From: Raillietiella orientalis
Lineage: Eukaryota
DNA: 33,831 bases
Direction: 5' to 3'
Assembly: GCA_036172245.1 (NCBI GenBank)
Contig: JAYWIR010000194.1
Span: 1 to 33,831 of the forward strand
Shown: positions 23,433 through 33,831 of the stretch, one piece after another
How the letters are laid out: every line of letters starts with the position of its first letter
How positions within the stretch are numbered: position 1 is the first letter of the stretch
Notes under the pieces: generated by a model
The model's database searches: none
Told to the model about the DNA's origin: nothing
Seen by the model: only the letters and a program-made list of their open reading frames with translations
Translations under genes and position numbers: made by a program

Positions 23433-23820
23433 GGGGCGTTCGCCGCCTGGAGCAAGGCTACGGTAGGACCACACGACCAGGGTGCCATCCAGCCCGCCTC
23501 CCAGTTCCTAAGGATGGCGTCGCGATGGTTCCACCTAGATCCAAGCATGCAGCAAGAGCTTGCTGGCATCCTGCAAACGATGCAACGGCCCCACCAGCGA
23601 CAGTGATGCCTTCCCGTACCCTCCCATTTTTTTTTTGTTTTTGTTTTGTATTTTGGTTTTCCCCCTTTGCATTGCTGCCGTGGTGGACCGTACTGGTCTG
23701 CGAACCGGTGACCCGGCAGGCTCTGTTTCTTCGCGCGTGGCTGGAGCAATGGTCCAGCCAGTGGACGACTTTGTTAAAGTTTATTAACTAATAAACATCC
23801 TGGCGAAATCCGGGTGAAAA
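23433..23820 (+). mobile_element. Beta element 3' tail (~390 bp) inside an alpha host
   Basis: GAIQPASQFLR...LDPSMQQELAGILQTMQRPHQRQ* plus 3' UTR and aataaacatcctggcgaaatccgggtgaaaa; inverse paralog of 1737-2120. Confidence 0.88.
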
Positions 23821-26800
23821 TCGAATGCTCTGTGCAAATCTACTGCTACTGCCAAGGCTATCGGCCTTTCTCCCGTCCGTCCGCACTGGTGCTCGCAGTC
23901 GGCAGGAGGTGTTGCCGCATTTCGGTTGTCCGCCGCAACGCGCTCTCGCAGGTGCCGTCAGGTGCGCGCGAAAGGAAAGTTCGCATCTATGGATCTACCC
24001 GGTGCAGCGTTAGACTGCTCCGGGCTTACCACGCACTCCGCGACTTTTCCTAGGCGCGTGACCAACAGCTTTGAAAACAACTTGACGTCCGTATTCACTA
24101 ACGTGATCGGACGCCAGTTGTTGAGTTGGTGCAGATCTCCTCCTTTCAGAAGGAGACGCACCCTCGCTGAGCGGAAGGAAGAAGGGACATCGCCCGTCAC
24201 CCTCATCTGCGTCGAGAGTCTGAGCACCAGTGGGGCGAGTTCCGCCGCGAAGCTCTCATAGGGCTCTGCGAGAAGCCCTTTCTCCCCTGGCGTCTTCCGT
24301 TTCTTGAGTCCTGCGATGACGGAAGAAACTTCCTCCAACGAGAAGGGCTCGTCGAGACAGGCGCGTTCCTTCTCGCCGATCTCGTGTTCACCCCGCGGCA
24401 GAAGTAGTTCCGAGAGGATTCTCTCCGTCGATGATTTGGCGTAGAGCAAGGAGAAGCGACGCCTTAGTGTTTGCCGTACTTCGGCGGGATCCGTGCATTC
24501 CCGGCATTCGTCGTCGAGCAGAATAGCCGCTCCAGACTGCCGGACTTGGCGCTCGGCCCTCGCCTTGTGCTCTGCGAGGTGCCGGACTTCCGCACGTTTA
24601 GAGAAGGTGCGCGCCTGCAGAAATTCTCTGCTATTGGCCACGCCTTTTCCAAATTCGCGCGGTAGGAGGTGCAGGTTGAACCGGTCTCAAAACTCGCGAA
24701 CCAATCTTTTAAGATGGTCTCAGTCAACGAGCTGCCGGAAGGCAAAGCCGCAAAGAAACTGGCGAGGATGCTCCGCCACCTCCGGATGACTGAGTCACTC
24801 CGCCGGCATCCTCCAAACATTGTTCGGAGGTCTCTTGCTTGGCAAAAGTAGCTCGAACTCCAGCCTATCATGGTCCGATAACGTGGACGGCATCCTGCCT
24901 CTCCTTCCCACTCGTGAGAGCAGGTGTTCATCGAGGTAGACGTGATCCACGCACCTTTCTATTCTAGGCTCGCCGGCTTCCAAGTTACGCGCGTGCACCC
25001 ACGCGCATGCCTCTTCCACCCGCGACCGTTCGCCAGGGACCTCGTCTAGTTGAAAAGCAGGTGGACGTTGAAGTCCCCTGCGACGAGATGTGCCACTCTG
25101 GTCCCGGAGTTCCTGACCCATTGGTTCTCCAGCACGTCGAAGAACTCGATCCTTCCGGCGCGCTGATGAAAGTTGTTCGGCGCGTAGACGTTCGTCAGGA
25201 CGAGGTCGATTGAATCTGACCACTTCAGTACAAGTTGGCCTATTCTCCCTTTCTGGTCGAATTGAACGCTGCGCACCGCTCCTGCCATCCTACTATTAAC
25301 GAAGAACCCGACTCCGCACGATTGTGCAGAACCTTCTCGCCAGTAGGGAGTGCCACCCGCGCGCTGTTCAATTTCGGCAATTTAGGCGTCAGAGATGTAA
25401 TGCATCTCTTGAAGGATCGCCAAGTCGATGTGTCGCAGGGTGTCTGACACGTTGCGCCTCTTTCCGTTGCTGCGCAGCCCGTTGACGTTCCAACAGGCTA
25501 CGCTGAACCGACGAAGAGAGGCGACTTCCTGCATTAAGGCTGGGAAGTTGAGCACAGGTTTCTCGCCTTGTCCGGCGGGTGGTCACGAGACAGAACGGCA
25601 GATCTTGAAGACTGGACATCTCTATTCGAAGCCGCCCTGCTTGGTACCGGTAGCTCAGAGGTGAGGCTCATTCCCTCTTATTTGCTCCTTGGCAACAGTT
25701 CCTCTTCGGCAACCACGTTCTTGCGGGTTTCCGGGAGGCGATTGCGCGGTTTCGGGCGGGTTTTGCGTTGTGTGCTCATTCTGTCGGACTTTGCATCGGA
25801 ATTCGACAGTCGAGCGCTTGCCAGGCGCTGCTTCTGTTTCCCGTAATTGGGGAAATCATTTGCTGCCAGTTTCTTAGCGCTTTCTGTTACTGGGGCTGGG
25901 AGATTCGTCCTTGTAGCCCCAGTAGCAGCTTCTTGCTCCATCCGCGAGAGGAAAACTGCAAAGTAGGAAAGGATCGCTAACTTTTTTTCAAATGGTTTCG
26001 CGGGTTTCTTTCGCCCACTCACCTTCACACAGAGCTGCGAGGAACTTGACGGTTTCATTTTAATAACCTTTCTCACCTGTATCCAGCCGTCTTCCTTCGC
26101 GTCGCAGTTATGTTTGCCCTCCTGAGATGGCGCTGCGAACGCAGATGTAAGAGGCGCTGCCTTGGCTGCCTCTTGAAGTGCTGCCTCCGCGCAGGCGTAA
26201 GCGACTCTCTTAGCGATCGCGAGAGGCACTGCCTCTTGCAGGTCGGAGAATTCGCGCGTTGCCTTTGCGACCGCTTAGGGCGCTGCTGTAGCGGTTGTGC
26301 TCGCTTTAGCAGTTTCTTCCTTGTCCGCAGTAGGTGCTGAGTCCGCGCGCGAGGGTTGCGAGTTTTTCGGCTGTTTCTTTGCGGCACTCGGCGCCTGGGG
26401 CACCTTGGCCGCTGTAGGTTTTGCCGGCACGGTGTTCTTTCCCGGGGGCGCGATTTTTCCGTATCGGGCGAGCGCTCGCATCCCTCGCCACTTGCTGAGG
26501 CCTTGATAGGAGGCGTCGCGGTCGTTATGCCGACATTAGGAGGCTTCTTGCCCTTCGGCGCACTCTCTCCTGCATTGAAAAGTTCGCTGCGAGGCCTAGG
26601 TGAGATCTCGCATTGCTTGCGAGCATCCTTCAGCTCCGTACCCTGAGGCTTCGCCGCGACGAGTTTTTTCATGTTTTTTTCCCCTTTTTTGTGAGAGGAG
26701 GAAAAGAGTTTCCTACGCATAAGCGCTCAAGGTTTTCGCAACGCTCTCCAAAGTTTTGAGGTTTTTTTCTCTCGATTCTTAGCGTTTATTTCGTAATGCG

Positions 26801-27035
26801 ATACGCGCTTCCATCTTGCGCTTTTCTTTTTTCCAAAGGAGCTCCGGGCAAGTCTCTTTTGTGTGCCCGGGCTCGTGGCAGTAACGGCAAGGGCCGAAGG
26901 ACACTTCGTAAGGCGGTGACCCTCCGGCCCGCATTCCGCGCACACAAGCGTTTGCCCGCAAACCACAGGCGGACGGTCATTCCATCCACCTGCAGTCGCG
27001 CGGGCATTGTCCGGCGATCCGCCATCGTCACTCGT
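23821..27035 (-). mobile_element. Alpha element: 5'-truncated ORF1, APE and RT up to DLHRAFD
   Basis: ORF1: VRLWFAG, CAECGPEGH, CRYCHEPGHTKETC. TAATG at 25536-25532. ORF2: MQEVAS...ACWNVNGL...LQEMH...TNVYAP...AGDFN...VDHVYL...LSDH...NWRPITLVNTDVK...VDLHRAFD. Confidence 0.9.
25532..25536 (-). promoter_or_regulatory. Overlapping stop-start TAATG between ORF1 and ORF2
   Basis: cct TAA TG cag gaa gtc gcc... gives MQEVASLRRFSVACWNV. Confidence 0.7.
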
Positions 27036-28624
27036 GGGACTGCGGAACTGTGGTCCAGCTGCCTTCAAAAAGTTGAGACGGCGATCGGCTCGTTCCTGGA
27101 AGGCAAGTTATACTTGCAGGAACGGGCCGCGGTTTGGAACGCTTTTGCGCCCCATATCCTCCGCCCCTTGCTTTTTGTTTGCCTTCCCCCATAAAATGTA
27201 AAAAGAGGACAAAGCACCTCCTCCGCATAGCCCTTTGGGGCAAGGGGAGGCCCCGATTTCCTTTCAAGGACTTGTGCGCTCCGCGTCAAGACGGCGGTCT
27301 TGGCCTCCTGACCCTGGAGCGCGTGGAAATCCAGCTGCGGTGGCGAACTCTCGCAATCGCAGCAAAGATGTGAAGCACCCTTTGGTGCATTCCTGCCGGC
27401 CTCATCGCCAGGCGTGTGTCCATATGCTAAGGACTCGCGTCATTTCTTCTGTGCCTTGGCCGGAAGATCCGAAGATGCGGCCTAATGTTCGGGCGCATGG
27501 CAACCCTGTCGAAGGTGAACAGCTGGATGGTTTGTGGGCTCGCCAGCTCCTCCGCCTGACTGGAAGAGACTGCTGGCACCTGGGCCAAGCAGAACCAGAA
27601 GAGCGAAGAACCTATCAAGTGCCTGCGAATCGGCCCATACGCCAACCGCACCCTGCAAGGAATACTCGAATTTCCCCGGAGTCGCAGGTGGACGTTGCCC
27701 ACCTCATTTGCCTCAGACATGCTTTACTTCCGCAGGGCTCTTCACGACATCCAGAAGCCGAGGTGGCATGTCTCCTACCGGATCGCAAGCAGGGAGAAGA
27801 TGTTAAGCGGCTGGACCACAGGAGAACTACCCGACGCCACGACCCCTAGCGTCAAGCCGCCAGGATTCACGAGATGGGGCGAGCTGCTCGTTATCCCTAG
27901 GAATGTGCTGAAGTGGCCCCCAGTACTAAAGGAATCCAGGATCCTGCCCCTTAAGTGCCAAGAGTCGGCGTTGCTACTGGTGCACTGGGGTTTACCCTGC
28001 AACGCACGCCGCTGGCACTGGACAAGGGGAGCTGTGGATCCTGAGTGTGTCAAATGCGGAGAGCGGCAATCGCTTTTCCACCTTATTGTGGACTGTGCTA
28101 CCCTCCAACCCCTCTGGGAAAAGTTCGGGACGACCCTCGGGCTCCCTACGGGCAGCAACCTCATAGACGTTCCCCGGCCTCTCTTTGTGAAGGACGCACT
28201 GCAGTCAGCCGCAGCCATCGCAGCTTTGTTCTGCGTCCGTGGCATCGTGGCGGCATGGATCGACGCCAACGAAGGACTGGGTCCACACGCGAGGGATGTC
28301 AACCCATAAGCCCACCGCTTCTTGGGGAGAGCTGTCGGATGGCCCCAACTGGGGAATATGCGGATCGAACTCGAGGGCTTCCTTCAACGGATGGGCCCTC
28401 CCCACAGCGAAGAGTGATCCCTTCCCTGCCCTCCAACTACTCTTTGTTTGTTTAGTTTTTATTTTTCTTTCTGTTTTATCCCCATCCCCTTTCGCTGCTA
28501 AGGAACGCTTTGCCGGGCTACGTCCAGGCGTCCCGGCAGTTCCCGTGCGTAATGCCAAAAGCGGGGCCTTGTACAGCGTATGCAGAGTTTTTTAAATAAA
28601 CGCCCCGGGCGCACCCGGGTGTAA
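27036..28624 (+). mobile_element. 5'-truncated beta element (post-RT region, Cys/His motif, 3' UTR)
   Basis: AELWSSCLQKVETAIG...APRQDGGLGL...HWGLPCNARRWHW...CVKCGERQSLFHLIVDC; ends aataaacgccccgggcgcacccgggtg (28595-28621). Confidence 0.9.
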
Positions 28625-28629
28625 ATTTT

Positions 28630-29168
28630 ATTGCTGGCGAGAAGGCCGTCGGGCGTCCGGCTTGGCCTCAGGAGTCACCCACTTCCAACCCTGAGGTGGA
28701 GGCCGGAAGCACAGCTTGCATCTCCACCGGACTTCCCAAAAAGGCTGGACGAAAGTCCACAAAGCCACGGACGATCGTCTTGCCCGACGAAGGGGAAGAG
28801 ATGGCTTCCAAAAGCGAGGGTGCGATGAGCGTGGGAAACTCCGAGGACTCCTCTCCCGATAGACTCCCTCGCTTCGGCACGAAGGGGATGAAGGAGGTGG
28901 AGACCGAACAGGTGCCCCAGGTGCCTGAAGAGGCCTCCGTCCCCATTGACATCCCCAACACTTGCTCCGCGGAAGGTGCTGCAACGCCACTTTTCCAGAA
29001 ATAATGACGGGAATCGCCTCTCGTCGTCGTCTGCTGATCGCCTGCTAGAACGTCAACGGACTAAGCGATGACTGCAAGAGGCGTAACGTGGTCGCCACTC
29101 CAGCATCCTTCGACGTGGTGCTGCTGCAGGAGATCTACGTGATCTCCGCAGATCAAGCCCGGGAGATT
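28630..29168 (+). mobile_element. Beta fragment: ORF1 C-terminus + APE start
   Basis: KKAGRKSTKPR...SEGAMSVGNS...EQVPQVPE (paralog of 9420-9740), TAATG at 29002-29006, then MTGIASRRRLLIAC*NVNGL...LLQEIYVISADQAREI. Confidence 0.88.
29002..29006 (+). promoter_or_regulatory. Overlapping stop-start TAATG between ORF1 and ORF2
   Basis: ORF 28696-29004 ends in TAA, whose last A starts ATG ACG GGA ATC GCC of the APE frame. Confidence 0.72.
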
Positions 29169-32100
29169 TCTCACCCGGTCACGTCGCAATGTTTATTTCA
29201 TATAAATTCAACAGAAACAATTATATAAAATAAACCAGTTGGGGATCATGCCCCCAACCGACCAAGGCACAAGTATCAAAAGTACATTGCTGGCACGCAT
29301 GCCAGAATAGCACAGAACGGTTTGAAGGAACTGGGAAAACAAACAAACAGAAACAAGAGAAAAAGAAATCAACGGGGGACGCCGGGACCAATCTTTGGGA
29401 TCGCTCTGGTTCGCTCCGGGATAATAGGAATTGCACCAATATTTTAGCAGTGCGAGCGGGAAGGGGTATAAGTGTCCTTCAGACGTAGTGGTCACCGGAT
29501 TAAACCGTTCCTAAAAGTCTGTAAGCCGGCGGTGGATGGCGGCAATGTCCTCTTTGACATCGTCACAAAGATGAGACCTCCTAGCAGCGTTTTCGATGGA
29601 TTCTCCTGCAAACCGGTGAGCCTTCCTTCGCTGCGCTTACAACTACAGGGCGAAGCGGGCCTTCACGACTGCGCGAACGCAACACATGGTTGCGACAATC
29701 GCGCCTACCGAAAATCCATTCCTCATGAAGAAGCGCCGAAGCACATCAATAGCAGTGCCTTCCGGCGGCATGACTGAAATCAGCCTTCGCCACAGTTTAC
29801 GGAGGTCACCGCTGTCCAGGAAAAGGTGCGGAAAAGACTTGATCTCTCCGCATCACAAACAGTTTGGCAGAGCATCTCCCCCGGAAACGATGCTTCGTTG
29901 CCGATTACAGTGGAAACCCCAGTGTAAAAAAAGCAGCACATCTTGCTTCCACTTCAAGAGGAACACGGAGCTGTCCGAACAAACGAGGAGGATTACTCTC
30001 TTATCGAAGGGTACACTTGAATGTTCACTCCATTGAAGCAGGTTCTTCGCCCGATTAGGAGAAGTGGACTTTTCCATCAGCTCCTCTGTCGTCCAGCAGC
30101 CGAGGAGCTCAGTGACTTCCTTTCTTGAGCAGAACTCCCATTTCGCCGGTATGCAACTGTCGTTGCTTGACCTGAGAGCAGACAGCACTGCGGTGAGAGG
30201 TCTGGTAGCCATACGATCCGAAATCTTCTTGTCCTGCATGACCTCGTCCATTGGATGACTGAGGAGAAGTCGCAGGCTCCGAAGATCTTCCAAACGCGAT
30301 CCATTGGAAGCTGCCTACGATGAAAAGATTCCTGTTGCCATGCTTCAATGTTCATGGGGCGACAGGAGATCCAACATTGAGCTTCCAGCAGTGAGGACAG
30401 CTGCCTCAGCGGAAAGCCAAACCCTATTCTCGTGTGCCGAAAGTGGGGTAGCAACGAAAGCAGTCCCTCGCTTCCCGTGCAGTGCCTTAGTAAAAATCGT
30501 GCGGGTACGCATCACAACGTACACCACAGCTCCACACAGAGCCGCAGCATTCGAAACTGCACCTGCAGCTCGATGCTTATTAAGTCTAGGATGACCAGGC
30601 AGGCATCCTGACGCGGCGCCACCAAGTCTTCAAATCTTACGCGGGATCTTGCACCCCGCCCCCCAACGTTTTGCGTAGAAGGGGCTGCGTCCAGACTTTA
30701 ACTTCCTAGGGGAGTGAGCAAACAAAAAACAGGATGCAGAGGAGGGGGACAACGAAAATGTTCCAGATGCTGGCCCGTTCCGCCAAGACGAACTCGCCTC
30801 CTGAGAACGGTCCAAGTGCACGCTCTGCCTTCGGTAGGAAGTCCGACCACGCTTTTGTGACGCAGAACTCGCCCAACGACACGCTGAGGTACCTTAGGTA
30901 CCTGGCTGTGGGGATCCCCAGACAAATCTAGTCGGACTGTCTTTCCCACGTCGCTTCAACCGGAACAACCATGCACTTGCTCCTGTTGACGCTCAAGCCC
31001 GCACCGCGACGAATCAATTCAAAGAAATCTTCAAGCGACGCTGCCGGTGTTGACATGTACAACAGGAGAAGCAGGTCGTCAGCATAGGCTGCCATGCCCG
31101 CCGTGCCTGCACAGGAGCTCAAGAGGTTGGATGGCGTCAGCATGTGAGCCTTCAGCACCATTGCAAAATTGATGCTAAAGAGCAGGAAGCTTAAGCTATC
31201 GCCCTGCCTAATTCCTCGCCAAACCGGCACGCCGTACACGTGACAGCCACTGAAAACAATGGATGTAATCGCGTTTCGCCAGCAGGAGCGCAAGTACACC
31301 AACAGGGATGCCGGGAGGAACAGGCGTTCCAAGAGCTCAAGAAGAAGCTTTTGGTTTACGCAATCCAAAGCTCTGTGCAAATCGACTAAGGCTTCCTGGG
31401 TTTCCCTTTGCGACCCGCGCCTGCGTCGGTAAGAAATCGAAGGCGTTGCTTCCGCACGACGATCCATCGCCTGGCGATTCTGCAATTGCAGCCATATGAG
31501 GATACATAAGAGGTTCGCGTCCATGGATCTCCCAGGAGCAGTGAAGGTCTGTTCCGATCTTACCAAAACTCCGCGATCTTCCCCATCCGCGCCACTCGAA
31601 CTTTCCAGAACAACTTGACGTCCGAATTCACTAATGTGATTGGAAGCCAGTTTTTCAGTTGGCGCAAATCTCCGTCTTTCGGCAGGGGACGCACCTTGGC
31701 TGAGCGAAACAAGGAGAGGACATCGCCCGAGTCTCACATCAGCGACGGGAGTCGGAGCACCAGGGGGATGAGCTCCGCCGCAAAACACTTGAAGAATTCC
31801 GCGGGCAGTCCATCCTTGCCTGGCGCTTTTCGTCTCTTGAGCCGCGAGATGGCCGAAGAAATTTCCTCTGCCGTGAAGGGCTCATCGAGACGCGCGCGTT
31901 CCACCTCGTCTACAACAGGTGCATAAATCGGCAGAAGCAGCTCGGAAAGACTGCGTTCCGTTGGTGCCTCTGCATACAGAGAAGAGAAATAGCGCCTAAC
32001 TATCCGCCGCACATCGTCTGGAGCCGAGCATTCCCGGTCCTGGTCGTCGAGCAGAACTGTCGCTCCTGACTGCCAGACCTGGCGCTTAGCCTTGGACTTG

Positions 32101-33831
32101 TACTCGGATAATTGAACAACATCCGCGAGCCTGGAGTAAGAGCGGGCCTGCAGAAGATCTCTGCTGTTGGCTACACCCTCTCCGAGGCCGCGCGGAAGCT
32201 TGTGAAACGGAAACCGGCAGCAAAACTCGCGAACCGATGTTTTCTGATCGTCCAAGTCAGCAAGCTCACTAATGGCCAAGCCGCTGAGGTACTGGTTAAG
32301 ATGCTCCGACGCCTTAGGGTGACTTAGCCAGTCTGCTGTCATCCTCCAAAGAAAGTACGGAGGCCCCTTGCATGGCGGGAGCAACTCGAACTCCAGCCTG
32401 TTGTGGTCTGAAAGCACGTACGCCATGGGACCTATCCGACCCACTGGAGAGAGCAAGTGTTCATCAAGGTATACGTGGTCCGGCGTTGCTGCCATAACAG
32501 GGTCGCTAGCAAACAAGTTGCATGCGTGCACGGATGGGTACTTCTCTTCCACTGGCAACTATTCCCTATTGTATGCACTATTATCGGTCAGCAGGTGGAC
32601 GGTAAAGTCCTCCGCAATGAGTTGCGCCACAGAAGGGTGAGAACGAGGAAGCCACTGGCTCTGAACGGTACCGAAGAACTCAATCCTTTCGGACCATCGT
32701 CCAGCACTTCTCGCCGCGTACACGTTCGTTACGACAAGGTCGATCGAGTCGGACCACTTGAGTTGAAGCTGTCCCACTCGGCCTTCCGAGTCGAAGCGAA
32801 CGCCGCGCACAGCTCCCGCCGAAGTTCCTCGTACGAGAAAAGCGACGCCACACGTGCGTGCGACGCCGCAAGTATAATGTAGCGTTCCGCCTGCGCGCCG
32901 TTCGATTTCGGCAGCCTGGTCTTCGCAGATGCTGTGAAACTCCTGCAGGAGCGTCAAGTTGAAGGCGGGCAGAGCGTTAGCTACTAGTCCCCTCTTCTCG
33001 TCGTGTTGGACACCGTTGATGTTCCAGCAGACCACGGCAACACGACGAGAAGACGCGATTGCCTTAGTCACGGCTGGGAAAGCAAGGCCGTGGTTCTTGC
33101 CTTACCCGATGAGCGGACAGTAAGCAGCACGACGGGCTGGAGGGCGCGGTCGCCACCGACCTCCACCGTGCTGCCCGTAATCGAGTGCTTCTCCCCGGGT
33201 GCCGTACGTGTTGGTTTAAGGGTGAGCACTCGCCTTTTCTCGGCAAGTGTGTAACGCCCCAGGGCTTCTGCCCTGCGGGCGCTCGCTCCGGCACGAGTAA
33301 CACGTCGTTTAGCTAGTTGCCACCCGGAGTAACACGTCGTTTAGCGGCGTTATCGGACTCCTATACAGAGTATGATGCTCGCGCGATCGACGTGCGTTTG
33401 CATCCTTGCGATCGCACCGAAATCGTCTTCCCGGAGGTCACAGATGCGGACTTGCAAGCGTTGACAGCGCTGGCATCTTTTTGGGCAGAAGAACCCTCCG
33501 CGCGTGATATCATGTTCACGCGGCTGTTCTTTGCCTTCAAAGAGCTCGCGGAAGGAGGATACAAAGCCTGTTTGGGAGATTTTTCTTTTTTGCTCTTCAC
33601 AACCTTGCATTCTCCGTCGCGATTTCCGGACGCTTCTGCGACTTTCGTCTCGGAAACCTCTGGAGTTTTCGCGGCCGCATTTAGGATCGTTGCTTTCGCC
33701 ACGCCTTTAAAAGGAGGCAGCGAAGTCACCTTCCTGGCCTTCAAGAGATTGCTCCTCTCTTGCCGAGTAGGTGACCTGGCATCGAGGTTCATCGTATTGC
33801 GCACACGAGGACGGTTAATCACTTAATTTTG
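29169..33831 (-). mobile_element. Alpha element with whole but disrupted ORF2 (~33071-29511) and ORF1 C-terminal region running off the window
   Basis: VCWNINGV, LQEFH, TCGVAFLVRG, TNVYA, EDF, DHVYL, LSDH, KAPGKDGLP, DLHRALDC, GIRQGDSLS, YADD at 31075-31086, HWGFHCN; 3' motif at 29171-29197. The only alpha copy not interrupted at the AFD-equivalent site. Confidence 0.92.
33295..33345. repeat. Perfect 19-bp direct repeat with a 13-bp spacer
   Basis: gagtaacacgtcgtttagc at 33295-33313 and 33327-33345. Confidence 0.85.

Noticed and set aside
22742..23749. 335-aa minus-strand ORF as a novel gene
   Set aside because: It is a chance fusion of the antisense of a beta tail with mixed frames of an alpha C-terminus across the 23432 junction.
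28621..28640. Beta tail junction as a third AFD-site insertion
   Set aside because: The flank is same-strand ORF1 sequence with only weak resemblance to gcattcgat; counted as an exception to the targeting model.

Overview
This window is a gene-free, fairly GC-rich and almost certainly eukaryotic cluster made entirely of nested, mostly decayed non-LTR retrotransposons of the L1/Tx1 type. Their layout is a gag-like ORF1 with two CX2CX4HX4C knuckles, then an ORF2 of APE endonuclease + reverse transcriptase (YADD) + C-terminal Cys/His motif. By eye I separate two related families, called alpha and beta here (my labels), plus one younger and more distant family, gamma (intact 777-aa RT ORF at 6891-9224). 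The main result is that the nesting looks ordered. Beta 3' ends sit antisense at the same RT 'AFD' codons of alpha hosts (1737 and 23820), and a degenerate 16-bp TSD (1722-1737/11128-11143) brackets a 9.4-kb insert. Alpha ends sit antisense in a ~60-nt stretch at the start of the beta endonuclease gene (~5405, 13248, 22460, 29168). This suggests two families that target each other and build a Russian-doll array, although an old inverted duplication could explain some shared junctions. Elements end in AATAAA + small GC hairpin + GGGTGA with no real poly(A), and ORF1/ORF2 are coupled by TAATG in at least two copies. All alignments, family assignments and boundaries were made by manual reading; most boundaries are good to about +/-10-20 nt.
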